Shown piece after piece: positions 13,351 to 25,710 of a stretch of DNA of 64,000 nucleotides. A model generated the notes under the pieces. The model saw only the letters and a program-made list of their open reading frames with translations. It was not told the origin of the DNA and did no database searches. Within the stretch, counting starts at the first letter, position 1. Every line of letters begins with the position of its first letter. Origin of the DNA: Camelus dromedarius (taxonomy: Eukaryota); assembly GCF_036321535.1 (NCBI RefSeq), contig NC_087436.1, positions 80,912,001-80,976,000 on the forward strand, in the 5' to 3' direction. The translations under genes and the position numbers were made by a program.

Positions 13351-13735
13351 AGCTGTACTGTCTGAATCAGAGAGGGTGAGAGTGCAAGGTTTAGTTCCAT
13401 TATGAAGACTGGTGGGAAAATTATGTCTTACCTAAGACAGTTTATGGAGCCCTAATTTAAGGGGAAGCCTAGGTAGATACACTGGAGGAGGGGGTATAAA
13501 GGGGCCACCCAATGAAAGAGCAAAACCAGAGTAAGACCTTGAACAAATGTAGAGCCTGAGATCAGAGAGGTAGGGACAGAAAAGAAGAGGGAGAACAGGC
13601 AAGTGGAGAAATGGGATAGGGTGGAGGATGTAGTGTGGGTGAGAGACAAGGACAGGCATTGATCCATATGGCTCGTGTGGACAGACTTGTTCTGTATTTC
13701 ATGGAGGACCAGTTTATTTAAAAGGCCAGAGATGT

Positions 13736-14103
13736 TTTTATTCAAAATACATTTATTAAGCACTTACTACATTACAGGCTCTGTTCTAGGCACTTAGGAT
13801 TTGTCAGCAGAAAAGGAAAAAAGTATGGGTTATAAAGTTTACATTGAGAATGAGAGGTGGGTATAGACTGTAAACAATTAGCATAGTAAAAAAAGATCTT
13901 AAAAGGCAATAATTGCTATGGAGAAAATAGTGTGAAAAAAATAGTAAGAGGAATCAAGAGTGCGGGAGTACATAAAGATATAAAGGGTTATTAGAATCGG
14001 CTTATTAAGAAGGTAACATTTTCACAGAGAGCCACACGAGCCACACGGTATCTTGGAGAAGAGCACCCCAGACAGATGGAAGAGTCAGTACAAATGTCTT
14101 AGG
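13736..14103 (-). mobile_element. L2a 3' end
   Basis: ttattcaaaatacatttattaagcacttactac...caggctctgttctaggcact...gctatggagaaaata...gaagagcaccccagacaga. Confidence 0.75.
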
Positions 14104-14984
14104 TCAGTGATTGGTAAGTAAAACTACAGATAGCATCACGGGACCCAGAGCACCTGCAAGCATTGTGGAAAATCATCTGGAGCTCCTACGTACCCCGAAA
14201 AGGCAAGGTACACAGTAGTGGGCTGGTGCACCCGGAGAACCCGAGGTGGAAAACAAGAGACCACAGAGGTGTACGCCTACCAATTAGAGATCTAGTCAAG
14301 GCCAGCGGTGCACATTCAGAGAGGACAGTCCTACAGCCACGGCTGGGGGTGAGGGCAGACAAGCCTCACTGTGGTCCAGTGAAGGCAAAGGCCAGCGCCC
14401 AGATCAGTCCTCTTCACAGGTTGACATGTAAGCCTTTTAGTAATTTAAATTATCTTCAGAAACAAGGGAATAAATGGGGAACTCTGAATTTATGCACTAT
14501 TGGCCCCAGGAGACTAAATTTTAAATTACAGGGCAAGTTCTGTCAAATTGGAAACATTCTGTTTGGTTGTTTGCATTTTTGTTCTTGAAAAAAGTTGTAG
14601 CTTGAAAGCCAATTTAAATTTAGTTATAGTTTTAAACACATGAGAAATGTTGTACTTGCTGTGTGAATAGTTCATAGATGAAGAAAAAAGAAACCAAGAG
14701 TTAATTGGAAAAGTTATTTTAATATTTAATCATTGGCAGTTACACATCAGCTTGTTGACAGTATCTGCTATTTACCAAATATTTATGTACTTTCCTCATA
14801 AAATCACTTTGCCTTAAATTATGAGCAAATTATGACACATCGGAAGACACTAATCCTGTCCTCAAGTAGCTGACAATGTATAATAGAAAAATATAAATAT
14901 AAATTTTTTATTATTAGAAACATATTAAGTGGTCTTTGAAAATTTACTTCCAGAGGGGCAGAGGTAGATTGGACGGTGAAAACT

Positions 14985-15545
14985 ATTCTTTGAGCACTTA
15001 ACAGAAAAATTGAGTGAAAAGAGAATAGAGTTCCCATAAATTCCCCTTGCCTAATAACCTCCAATTTCTCCTATTATTAACATCGTGCATTAGTGCAGTA
15101 TATTTATTACAATTGATGAGCCAATGTTACCACATTATAATGAACTATAGAGCCCCTTAAGGCTCACTTTATGTTTTATACGTTCTACGGGTTCTGACAA
15201 ATCAGTGATAAGTGTCCACCATTATACTGTCATACAGGGGAGTTTCCCTGCCTTAAAAGTTCTCTCTGCTCTTCCCATTCATCCCACCTTCCCCCTACCC
15301 TCTGGCAGCCACTACTATCTTTTTACTGTCTCTGTTGTTTTGCCTTTTCTACAACATCATATAGTTGGAATCATGTAATATGTAGCTTTTTCAAGTTGGC
15401 TTCTTTCACTTAGTAATATGCATTTAAGAATCCTCCAAGTTTTTCTGTGGTTTGAAAGCTCATTTCTTGTTATTGCTGAATAATATTCTGTGTTATGGAT
15501 GTACTGCAGTTTGTTTATCCATTCACCTGTTGAAGGACATATTCA
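14985..15545 (-). mobile_element. L1MC1/L1MC2-type 3' end
   Basis: acagaaaaattgag...ttacaattgatgagcca...tttttactgtctctg...catatagttggaatcat...ttggcttctttcacttagtaatatgcatttaag...tttatccattcacctgttgaaggacat. Confidence 0.88.
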
Positions 15546-15671
15546 TTGCTTTGACAATTATTTTCAAATTTAGTCTTTCCTCTGTTTTGTGGCTGAGCCT
15601 TCATATATATATATATATATTTTTACTTAAATTTGATCTTTCTATGTTTTAACTGGAAAAGCACATATATA

Positions 15672-16100
15672 ATGTTGTGTTAGTACTCGTTTGATTACAA
15701 GTGACAGAAACCCAAATTGAATCAATTTAAGCAAATTCCTTAATTTACTCTAAGAGTATAGTGATAACACATGAATCCCAAAGACAGGGACAATGAGCCT
15801 TGGGAACAAGTGGAACTTGTCTGAGGACATCTCATCTTGATTGTGAAAGCAGATTGTGTGTATGTGTATCTATCAGTACACACCACACACACACCACGTG
15901 GTTTTTAACAATGTACAGCTCTAGCCAATGGAAAGAAAGTAGTCTGATTTTCTCTTTTGGTATCACATTCACATTTCTATGAAGACTCATTGCCCAGGTC
16001 TGGTACCCTCTTCTGGATCAATCAGTCATGCCTTTGAAGCAGGATCAAGAGAAGATCACTGTTTATGCAATGGCCATGTGGAGGGGTTAATTGAGATGTG
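15672..16100 (-). mobile_element. Old MaLR LTR fragment (MLT1J/K-like)
   Basis: tgtgttagtactcgtttgattacaagtgacagaaacccaaattgaatcaatttaagcaaa at the left end; the right boundary is uncertain. Confidence 0.5.
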
Positions 16101-17094
16101 GTGGATGGTGTGCAGTACGTGGTTAGAAGAAAATAGTGCACCTAGAATAACTATAAAGTTAAAAAAAGCAGAATCCATGTTTTAACTACAACTGTATTTA
16201 AACTGTAGAAAATATCTCTGAATGTGGAAAAAGTACAAAGATAAAAATAGCAAAATGTGATTATGTTTTATTTTTACTCTTTTAGATTTTATAAAATTCT
16301 CTTGATGTTTATTTTCATCATCAAGTGATATATTAAAAATTAGATGCATATCTAGGTATTAAAAATTCTATTGCAGAAAGTTTACTCAGTGTGTTTACTC
16401 AGTGTGTTTTTGAGATCGATAATTCAGAGTACATGTTGGCTCTTTCTTTAGCTTACTGCTGGAAACAGAAGTGTAAGAAAGACTATTTAGCATTTTTTGG
16501 GGAAATTTGACTGCCTTCATTGTAAATACGTGCCTTGCTTTTCCCTCACCTAGTATATGAGCTTGTCATTACAGTCATTTTGGAATGACTGAAACACACG
16601 AAAATAACTTATATTGCACCTTAAATCATTAGTAACATTCACCAGCTGATTAATTTAGCCATAATGGCTAGAAATATCAATGACAAAGAGCATAAATATG
16701 TTGTGGTTTTGTGTTTCAATATAGAAGGGTAGAAATATTAGACACACAGAGTGGTGTAACATCAGTCATTTGTTGTCCACTTACCACTATCCATCTAATA
16801 ATTAACCAGTGTTTACAGAGGATTTAGTATGAACTGTCTGTGACTCTTTTCCCACTCTGAACTCCCTGAGGTCTGACCCCTGTTTTTGGTTGTATGCCTT
16901 TGTATTCTTGCTATATAATACTACACTTATACTTTAGTGTAGGGAAACAATGAACATGTGTTGATTTAAACTGAATTGGGTTGCCTGGTGCTGGCAAATA
17001 GGAGTGATTTCAAGGTCCCTGTGCTCATGGACCTCTGCCCAGTGGGGCAGTAATTATTGATGGAAAGTAAGCAACACATGATGGCAAAAGGCTC

Positions 17095-17160
17095 CCTTTA
17101 ACTGAGTACTGCTGTGTGCTAAGTACTCTCACATATAGTATCTTCAGACCTGACAACAAC

Positions 17161-17196
<36 letters not shown>

Positions 17197-17295
17197 GGGG
17201 TGAGAGGGTACTATATGGAGAAATTGAGACTGAGAAAATTTAAAATACCTTGTCCAATGATACCTGGCTAATTTGTCATGACAGACTTAAAGCCA
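17095..17295 (-). mobile_element. MIR containing a (TG)n microsatellite (about 17163-17195)
   Basis: tttaactgagtactgctgtgtgctaag...acaacaaccctg(tg)n...ggagaaattgagactgagaaa...cttgtccaa. Confidence 0.7.
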
Positions 17296-17484
17296 CACTC
17301 CAAAAATTTTGTGTTTAAATTCATTACTGGCTCACACGGAGAGCTTGGTTAGCTTGTTTATGTTTTCTGTTTAAAGCAGCTCCCTTTTCTTTGTCTACTG
17401 TCAGAAAAAAATAATGCTATTGATTTTCGATAATGCACTTGAATTGTTTTTCCAGTGGGATTATGGGACTCATTAAAATGTTCA

Positions 17485-17625
17485 CGCTGTCTCATCTGTA
17501 ACCAACAGCAGACATTTCAATGCAAGGGCCAGTGGTTCCTTAATTAGCAGCCTCTTCCTCTGAGGGGGTGGGGCCGGAGAGCTTGGCATCAGTAACGCCA
17601 TGCTCTAGTCAGCTGAGCTCTGGTA
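17485..17625 (-). mobile_element. Ancient tRNA-Ile(AAT)-headed SINE (MamSINE1-like) or degenerate tRNA-Ile pseudogene
   Basis: 17564-17619 aligns without gaps to the reverse complement of mammalian tRNA-Ile(AAT) at 40/56 identity (hand count). The adjacent minus-strand gaaatgtctgctgttggttaca resembles the MamSINE1 body as I recall it. Confidence 0.65.
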
Positions 17626-19654
17626 CACTATACGCTCATCACTTCCCACAGCATCTTTTTGATTTATATAGCCATCAGCTTCCAGACTGTAGTATTCCTT
17701 CCTGCTAATAATTAGACTCCTAAAACTCAAATACCAAAAATCACATATATTTTAATATTCTTATGTTAAATTAAATATTAAAGATGTATATTCAATATTT
17801 TTACACACATACTCCTGTAAGAGCATATCTAGTTGGCAAAGCAATAAGAGTTTTAGAAATGTATCTTGCAGTTGAGAAGAAGGGCTTTCTTCCACAAGTA
17901 GGATTTTGGATCAATTCATTCTCCAGGCAGCAAGAACCTGAGGCATCTATGACTAGATTACATAGGATCTTTATCATTCTCCTTTGTCAAAATACCTCTT
18001 TACCCCTCAAAAATGTGAGAACTAACAGGACCTGCTGTACTGGGTAAGCATTCCCCTTTGTTCCCTGCAATCACCACTATTCACTGTCACAGTATTCAGC
18101 AATGACAGAATTTTCTTAATAGAGAAGACTGAAGCTAAATTTATCCCCAAACTATTGCTCCAAGTGTGTTGAAAATCGAGAGCTCCAATGAGGTGGTATG
18201 AGGTACGAGAAAAGAATGTGTACTCTTATGGTTCAGCATCTTGGAAAATAAATGTCTTTAGACATCAAACAATATCTCTTAAATTGCATTGACACAAAGC
18301 ACCACTAATTCTGCTAAGTATAAGCCATGCTTCTTGAATCCAGTATATAATTCATGGTCTCACGAGATTAAGAATAGTCTTCACTCTTGGTAAATTAAGT
18401 TTACTTTGCATCTTAATTTTTATTTGCTTTGGGTAAGAATTTTAAAGTGTATCTTTAACCTAACAGAGACATTGCAATCCTAATGTAATCATCAAAGTGT
18501 AGTGTGAAAATTCAGGTGCCAAGGTAAGGGATTCTGAAAAAAATTAAGCTTAATATTTGTATTATAATTAGTATACCTATGTTAATGTTTGAGACAGTTG
18601 AAGTATTTCCCAAAAGAGAACAGAAGAATCATTACAAATTGAAGATTTTTTGATCCTAAATAAATAGAGAAGTTAAAGGAATAGTATTCTAAAAATAGAC
18701 TAGGAATGAACTGAGGAAGTTTCATAAAAGAAAACAATAGCCCACTAAATACTCAGTTTCCTTTACAGTCATGTTTGTATTATTCCAGGCTTTAAAATGA
18801 AAAGTAAATACTTGAAAGATTAGGAAAGACTAAAAATATATTCCCATATGTGAAAACAACTGATTTTTATTTTAAAGCAATCATTCTTGAATATATCCTC
18901 ATATGACATGCATTTATAAGAAAGAATCCATTTTTGATCACTTTGGGGAATTTCTAAACTATAAGACGTTATAATCTTTGTCTCATCTCTAACTTTTGCT
19001 AATGCCTTCTCTGTGCCTTTGATCATGGTCCCTGACGCCTACCTTCCACCGTGACTGTCCTTCAGTCCCCCTTCCTCTCTAAATGCCCCTGGCACCAGGA
19101 TTGGTATGTTCTACAGGCCAGATTGAAATTTTTCCTTGGACATCGACTTAATAAATAGCATTTCCATAGACAGCATGATATTTCCACCTGAAGATGGCTA
19201 GACAGTAATTAACTGCTCAATAAATACTTGACTCAAATGACTATTCCCTTACATAAATATGGAAAAGCATTCCATGCACTTACCACCTCCTGCCTCCCAA
19301 ATAAAAGCCAAACACTACTAGGCAAGAGTTCACTGACTTTCTTGGATAATGCTGCTAATTGTAGCAAGTCAGTATTTTGTTGTACATCCTCTGAGTGGAG
19401 AGAAACCAAGTTTTTTTTTTTTCATATGAAACCTCAATTTATAAACGTTTGTAATCTGAAGTACACATATATTCATTGTTCATTCCTTCATTCAGTAATC
19501 AGACATTGAGTGTTTCAGGCACAACAACAAGTACTGGGATCCTAAAGACGGTTAAGGAGTAGGACATGGTTTCTTCCATCTTGGAGACATTAGTCTAGGG
19601 AAATGTCAAGGAAAGAACAGCACCTATCACAGCCAAACACACCAAATTGCTTAT

Positions 19655-20022
19655 GAACTTTGGGCTGGATGTATATATCCTCTCACAATTCATAGTTTGA
19701 AGCCTAAATCCCCAATGTGATGGAAGTTAGAGGTGTGACTTTTGGGAGTTAATTGAGTCATGAGGGTGAAGCCCCTGTGAATGGGATTGGTGCCCTTATA
19801 AGAAGAGACAGGGCAGAGATGATCTTTCTCTTTCTTTACCATAAGAGAGTATGGTGAGAAGACGGCCATCTGCATCAGAAAGAGGGCTCTAACCAGATCC
19901 TGCATCTGCTGGTATCTTGATACTGGACTTTCTAACCTCCAGAACTGTGAGAAATAAATTTCCGTTGTTCGAGTTATTCAGTCTGTGGTATTCTTGATAC
20001 AGCAGTCCTGACTGACTAAAAC
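19655..20022 (+). mobile_element. MLT1A0 solo LTR
   Basis: aattcata...ttgaagcctaaatccccaatgtgatgg...catgagggtgaagccc...gtgcccttataagaagaga...cctccagaactgtgagaaataaattt...gactaaaaca. Confidence 0.92.
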
Positions 20023-20552
20023 AGCCTTACTCCTAGGGTTCCTTTGGGCTATAGTCGCTTTACACATGGCTGATCCATAGGTCTTTGATTAATAATGCAC
20101 AGGAGTGAGAAGAGGAATTTCTGGAGAATATGCATTATCAGAAGCTTTTTTATTAGCTGAATCATTTATTAATTAAATAAATACTTATTTAACACATCAT
20201 GTGTCAGACACTATTGGATTTGCATAGTGATAAACTAGGTAGAAATAATATCTCTCACTGGAGAGTCAAGCAAAAAAAAAAAAATCTCCCAACAAAAACC
20301 CAAACAGTATGCAAAGTATTACATTTTTTTAAATGCCCAAGTTGTGATGAAAACCAAAACAAAACAAATATGGGGCTTGTGTATTAGATTGTAAGAAAAA
20401 TGGGGAAAGGAATTTCCATCTGTTTTGTTTTCTGGATGTATCTGCAGGAGCAAAAATAGCATTTGACACCCGGAGCCTGCAACAATAAAACACTGGTTGA
20501 ATAAGTCTGGCAAATAGGAGGGGGCTGCGTTAGTGGGATAATCAGAGAAGGG

Positions 20553-21042
20553 ATAGTATCAGTGTCCTATTGCTGCTGTAACAAACTACCACACATCTAG
20601 TGGCTTAATTAAAACAACACAAACTTAACTGTCCTGTTCAGAAGTATAGCATGGGTCTCACCTAGCTAAAATCAAGGTGTCAGCAGGGCTGCATTCTTAT
20701 TGGAGGCTTCAGGGGAGACTCTGTCTTCTTGCCCTCATTTAGCTTCCCTGCAATCCCATTCCCTGGTTCACAGCCCTCTTCTTCTCTCTTCAGAGATGCT
20801 GAGTCTGTCTCACATTGCTGTCTCCTGATTCTCTCTTCCACAGTCCTGCCTTCCTCTTCCACTTCTGAGGACTTCTGTGATTACACTGGGGAGACCAGGA
20901 TAATCTTATTTTAAGTCAGCTGCTTAACAACCTTAATCTATCTGTAGTCATAATTCTCCTTGGCCATGTAACCTATTTACAGGTTTCAGGGATTAGAATG
21001 TAGACATCCACATTAGGATGTAGCCATTATTTTCTCTACCAC
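20553..21042 (-). mobile_element. MLT1D solo LTR inserted into an L2 relic (about 20160-21340)
   Basis: cctattgctgctgtaacaaactaccac...gctaaaatcaaggtgtcagcagggctgcattc...caggataatct...caaccttaat...ctaccaca. The flanks (gggataatcagagaagg | tctctgaataatgatgttgaactaagac) join into L2 sequence. Confidence 0.88.
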
Positions 21043-21343
21043 AGTTTTCTCTGAATAATGATGTTGAACTAAGACATGGAAGATGAAAGAAGCCAGGAGT
21101 GTGAGGAGTGTATGTGTCTGTGTGTGTGTGTGTCTGTCTGTCTGGGTGCACATAAGCTGGTAGGAAGGCGGTGGTTAGGGAGATGGAAAGGGGAGAAAGC
21201 TTTTTCATATAGTCTGAGGGAAGGAGTTTGAATTTTGTTCTAGGTACACTTGGAAGCTACTGATTTTAAGTAAAAGAATTATCTGATTTATATTTTAAGA
21301 AGGTCATTTCTGGGAGAATTTGTAAGAAAAGGGATAGATCCAA

Positions 21344-21394
21344 CATATATATATACATATATATATATACATATACATATACATACATACACAT

Positions 21395-21436
<42 letters not shown>

Positions 21437-21444
21437 ATATATAT
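21344..21444. repeat. Compound (TA)/(TACA)/(CA)n microsatellite
   Basis: About 100 bp of alternating purine-pyrimidine sequence, directly visible. Confidence 0.95.
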
Positions 21445-23588
21445 TTAACTTCAGGAAGCTGGAAGTGTGATGGTTGGATTTATGAGGGATGACAGTTGGG
21501 AGCAGGGTAAGGATTTGTGGGGCTAAGGATTCTGCTTGGGGCAGCCTGGGGCTCATCCCACTGATCAGTTGCAGATTTGGGTAGGAGAGAACGGTTGGAG
21601 AGAGGTGGGCAGTGGGGGATGGGAGGGTCCTGAGCAGGGGGCAGTGGTTTTTTCTGTGAGCACATTCTTCACAGGTGAGTCTTTTCCAGACTTTTAGATA
21701 AGGTGAGGAAGCCTTCATAGCAAGATCTGGCTCTGTGTCTGATTTTGGCTTCTAAATTCCAAAGATAATAAATGGGAAATTGGGTCATGAGAGTGAAGAA
21801 CATTCCAGGATCTGAGAAGCTGAAAAACTTACGGCCATCTACAGGTGACCAAATGTAAAACCACATTTTTGGAGACCATTGCTCAAAAGTTTATGGACTG
21901 GGAGAATTTAGATCAGGGAACAAGCCTAGAAAATTCTATTTTAAGAACTTTTTTTTTATAACACAGAAAGGAAGAAGCACATTTTGTTTGGTTTTATTAC
22001 CATCCATGAAACCTCGGCCCCATGAAAATTGTACAGAGGAACTTTTACGTCTCCTCCTTCTAGGAAGCAGTCTTAGAGGATTAGGAAGTATCTCTGGTGT
22101 GTTCTGGGGTGCCTAGTGCAGCCCCAGGCCCATGGGGAAGTTCAGTCAATGCTAGAGCTCTGGACAGCATCTGTATTTGTTTAACAAGTTTTAATCTGCA
22201 TCATCTTCATCCTGTATTGTTACAAAGCCTGAAGGTAGAGCAGTTTATCAGTGAAGGAGTACATATGGTGCTCTGTGCTGTGTTGTGATATTATACGATT
22301 ACTGCAGAGACAGAGGGTAAATTAATGCCGCCAATACCGTCTGCTATGAAGATATCTGAACCTGCTCATTATGCCAGGCGTGGCCTGGAACAGGTGACTT
22401 GGCAGAGTCTCAGCCATAAGTAGATGCTCATTGGGATGCTAATTAAAATATATGGACCATGTACCTTTTTTCGTTGCACACTTTGATAAGTTACTTCTTA
22501 AACATCTTGCAAGTGCATCCCTTAACAACAGATTGAAGCTATTTCAGAAGGATTTACTGTTTTAAAAGGAATTTATTATTTTGTACGTGCCAGAAAGGAG
22601 AACTTAAGGAACTCTCTCTCACCGAGCTATTCAGCATGGTATTATGAAAAGCAAGACAAAACTCCACGCGTAGGATTTCAGACGTTTGGTGTTGAGAGGT
22701 TCAAGTGGCGTGTAAGCACGGGGACCCGTAGTTCTCCCCACTCTCTGTAGGGCTCTGTCTCCGAGGGCCACTCGGAGGACTCTGCCCTCCATGACAGAGG
22801 AGTTATGGGGTCCTTTTCTTGGTGCCCTCTCAGCTTCTCTACAGTCACTCAGCATTCTTGGAAGAAGCCCAGCTGTGCGTAGAGAAATACCAGGACACTG
22901 ACACGAGAGGGAGCAAACAGCAGGCAACGTGCACAGCAGAGTGCGTAAGAATTGCCCTGGGAGGAATTGTAGAGCGCTTTTGTGGAGCACACAGTTGGGA
23001 TCTGCAGATGCAGGGGAGAGAACTTTGGAACAACTGGAGCCCCTTTGATCTGCCTCGGTCCACGGGAGCTGAGTATGCATGTGGGGATGGAGGGATCACA
23101 TACGCCTTGGCGACAGATGAGCATGTATTTTCCTTTTTCACTCTCCTTGATCCGTTTTCCTTTCTTTCAGTATTTTCCTGTAATCCTTATTTTAAAATAA
23201 GCAGAAAGTTACCATCTCAGTAGTGCTTGCAGGCAAGATGTAAAGAGGCTACTCACTGTGGAGGAAAATAATGAACTTCATTGGGATTTTCATATAATAA
23301 AGGAAACAGAGAAATCATAGAAAGTTGGTGGTGACTGCCAGAGATAAAATCCTGCTTAGAAAGGTTTATGGGGTAGTAAAGACCTAAAAATGATCATTTT
23401 TAGTTATTGTGTCCACTGTGAATTTCAGTCCAAGTAATAACCTTAGAATTGTCTCTCTGCAGTCTAGCTCCAAGGCATCATACAGGGTTCTCTCATTTAT
23501 TAAATCGACAAGTATTTGAGTTTCAGGCACTGTGTTTTAGGGCTATGTGTATAATTAATAAGAGACACCCCTCAGAGATGGCACTTCT

Positions 23589-23780
23589 TTCTAAACTTTT
23601 TAAATTGAAGTATAGTCGATTTACAATGTTGTATTAATTTCTGGTATACAGCATACTGATTCAGATATATATATATACACACACATACATACTCATTCCT
23701 TTTCATATTATTTTTCATTATCAGCTATTACAAGGTATTGAATATAGCTCCCTGTGCTGTACGGTAAGGCTTTGTTGTTT
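23589..23780 (-). mobile_element. Short L1 3'-end insertion with TSD, inside an L2 tail
   Basis: ttgaagtatagtcgatttacaatgttgtattaatttctggtatacagc...ccctgtgctgtac. TSD AGAGATGGCACTTCT (23574-23588) / AGAGATGACATTTCT (23781-23795). Confidence 0.9.
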
Positions 23781-24331
23781 AGAGATGACATTTCTAAACT
23801 CAGCTCCAAGGAGAGGCCTTGGCTCTGAACTTTTTCCTAAGCAGAAGAGTTTCATCATGTCAAATTTGGAAATACATAGATTTTACTGACCAAGTAAGGA
23901 ATCATTCATGGAGTCAAAATTATTTTGAGAAGTGCCCTTCATCCAATGCAACCTCCCAAAAGATGTTAAATGCACAATCATGATTTTATAAACAGCAGAA
24001 GCTTGTAGACCATGGCACAAAATGTGTATAAGAGTACTATGAAAACAATTATATACTGGTGTATTTTTCATTTAAGAGAGAGATTTTATTTTAAACTTAC
24101 GGTGCAAAGCACTCTAAGAATATAATTTTTCACAAAGAGAGAAACCTCTTTTGTTAGCATTTTATTGATTATTAAAATAATAATAATTGCTTTTAAATAT
24201 ATAAGAATACATTAAACAAGTATAAAATGAGAAATGAGAATATTGGCAAGATTTAAGATGATAAAAATGTATATAAGTGTTACCTAGAAAGTTATATTTG
24301 CATTATGATTATACAAATATTATATATATTA

Positions 24332-24900
24332 ATTCATTCAATAACTGAGCATTTACTGTACTAGGTAGTAGGAGTCATGGAAAGACATGATCCCTTGCCC
24401 TCAAGAAGCTCACACACTAGTTGGAGACAGATCCTATGACAAAGAAACAAGGGAACAACTGTAATGTACTAGGACGGACTTCACAATAGAGGTTTCACAG
24501 GATCTTCAAAGAGAGGGTCTGTACCCTGACTGATAATGCCAGGGAAGTCTTTGCAGATGAGGTAATGATAGATTTTAAACATTAAGAATGAATAGACATT
24601 TGCTTTCTAAATTATTAGGGCAAGAACCCTTGAGATACAAGTCACAGATTTTAGAAAGAGCAAGGAGTGTTGGGAAATCAAGAATGACATGCCAAATAAG
24701 GAGCAGAGTCCTTTTAGGCAGAGTGGTGGCTGATGAGTCTGGGAAGACCAGGAGGGGCTGAGATTATGGAACTTTAATACAGTAGAGCCAGAGTTTGTAT
24801 TTAATCCTGGAGAAAAAAATTAAGCAAGATAGTAAGAAAATCCAATTTCCAAATCAAAATGATCTTTCTGTTGACGGAAAGAATCAATAGGAAGGGTCTG
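24332..24900 (-). mobile_element. L2 3' region
   Basis: attcattcaataactgagcatttactgt...cccttgccctcaagaagctcaca...cagggaagtctttgcagatgaggtaa. Confidence 0.7.
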
Positions 24901-24904
24901 GGGA

Positions 24905-25180
24905 GTGTGAATTAATTCCCTCTTTTTCCTGTAGCAGATGGTCACAAACTTTGCTATTTAAAACAACACAAATATATTGCCTTACAGTTCTGAAGGTCAG
25001 AAGCCCCCAAATCAAAATGTTGGCAGAACTATGTCCCTTCTGGAGGCTTTATGGGAGAACTGACTTCTTTACCGTTGCCAGGTTCTAGAGGCTGCCTGCA
25101 TTCCTGGACTCGTGGTCCCTTCCTCCATTTTTGTTCAAAGCCAGCAGGGTAGCAACTTTGAAGTATCTTCCCAATCATCT
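24905..25180 (-). mobile_element. MLT1C/D LTR fragment followed by (TCTCTG)n(CT)n(CA)n to about 25263
   Basis: ttaaaacaacacaaat...cttacagttctgaaggtcagaag...ttctagaggctgcctgcattcctggactcgtggtcccttcctccat...ttcaaagccagca. Confidence 0.85.
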
Positions 25181-25261
25181 TCTCTCTCTGTCTCTGTCTC
25201 TGTCTCTGTCTCTGTTTCTCTCTCTCTCTTTCGCTCTCTCTCTCTCACACACACACACACA

Positions 25262-25710
25262 CAGCTATTTATCAGCTCAAAAATAAAAACAATCTAAGTG
25301 TCCATCGGCAAGAGGCTGGATAATTTGTGGTATATCATAATGGAACACTCTTCAGCAACATAAAGGAACAAATTTAGAAACCAGCAGAGCATGAATGAAC
25401 TTCAAAAACATTATGCCAAATGAAAGAAATCAGGCAAAAAGAAATAACACTATATGATTCCATTTGATTGAAGTTCTAGAATAATTAGGAAGCTAATGTA
25501 TGGAAAATCAGTACACTGGTTGCCTCAAGAATGAGGCTGAGGATGAGATTATCTGGGGGGTAAGAAGGAACTACATGAGGTGATGGGAATATTCTGTATC
25601 TTGATTGGAGTGGAGATTACTAAGTTTACATGTATCAAAACTCACCAAACTGTACACTTAGGACCTAAATATTTTATTGTTTATGAATTATACACCAGTT
25701 AAGTTTAAAG
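25262..25710 (+). mobile_element. Old L1 (L1ME/L1MB-type) 3' end
   Basis: aacaatctaagtgtccatc...tgtggtatat...aaaacattatgccaaatgaaagaa...tatatgattccattt...gtgatgggaatattctgtatcttgatt...tcaaaactcaccaaactgtacactta. Confidence 0.85.

Noticed and set aside
16380..16405. 13-bp tandem duplication GTTTACTCAGTGT x2
   Set aside because: Real, but an ordinary slippage event with no sign of function.
21266..21718. 150-aa ORF
   Set aside because: Kept open by the dinucleotide microsatellite (CVCVCV, YVYVY).
22631..23223. Five overlapping ORFs as a processed pseudogene or exon
   Set aside because: No similarity to a protein I recognise, and no poly(A)/TSD; explained by higher local GC.
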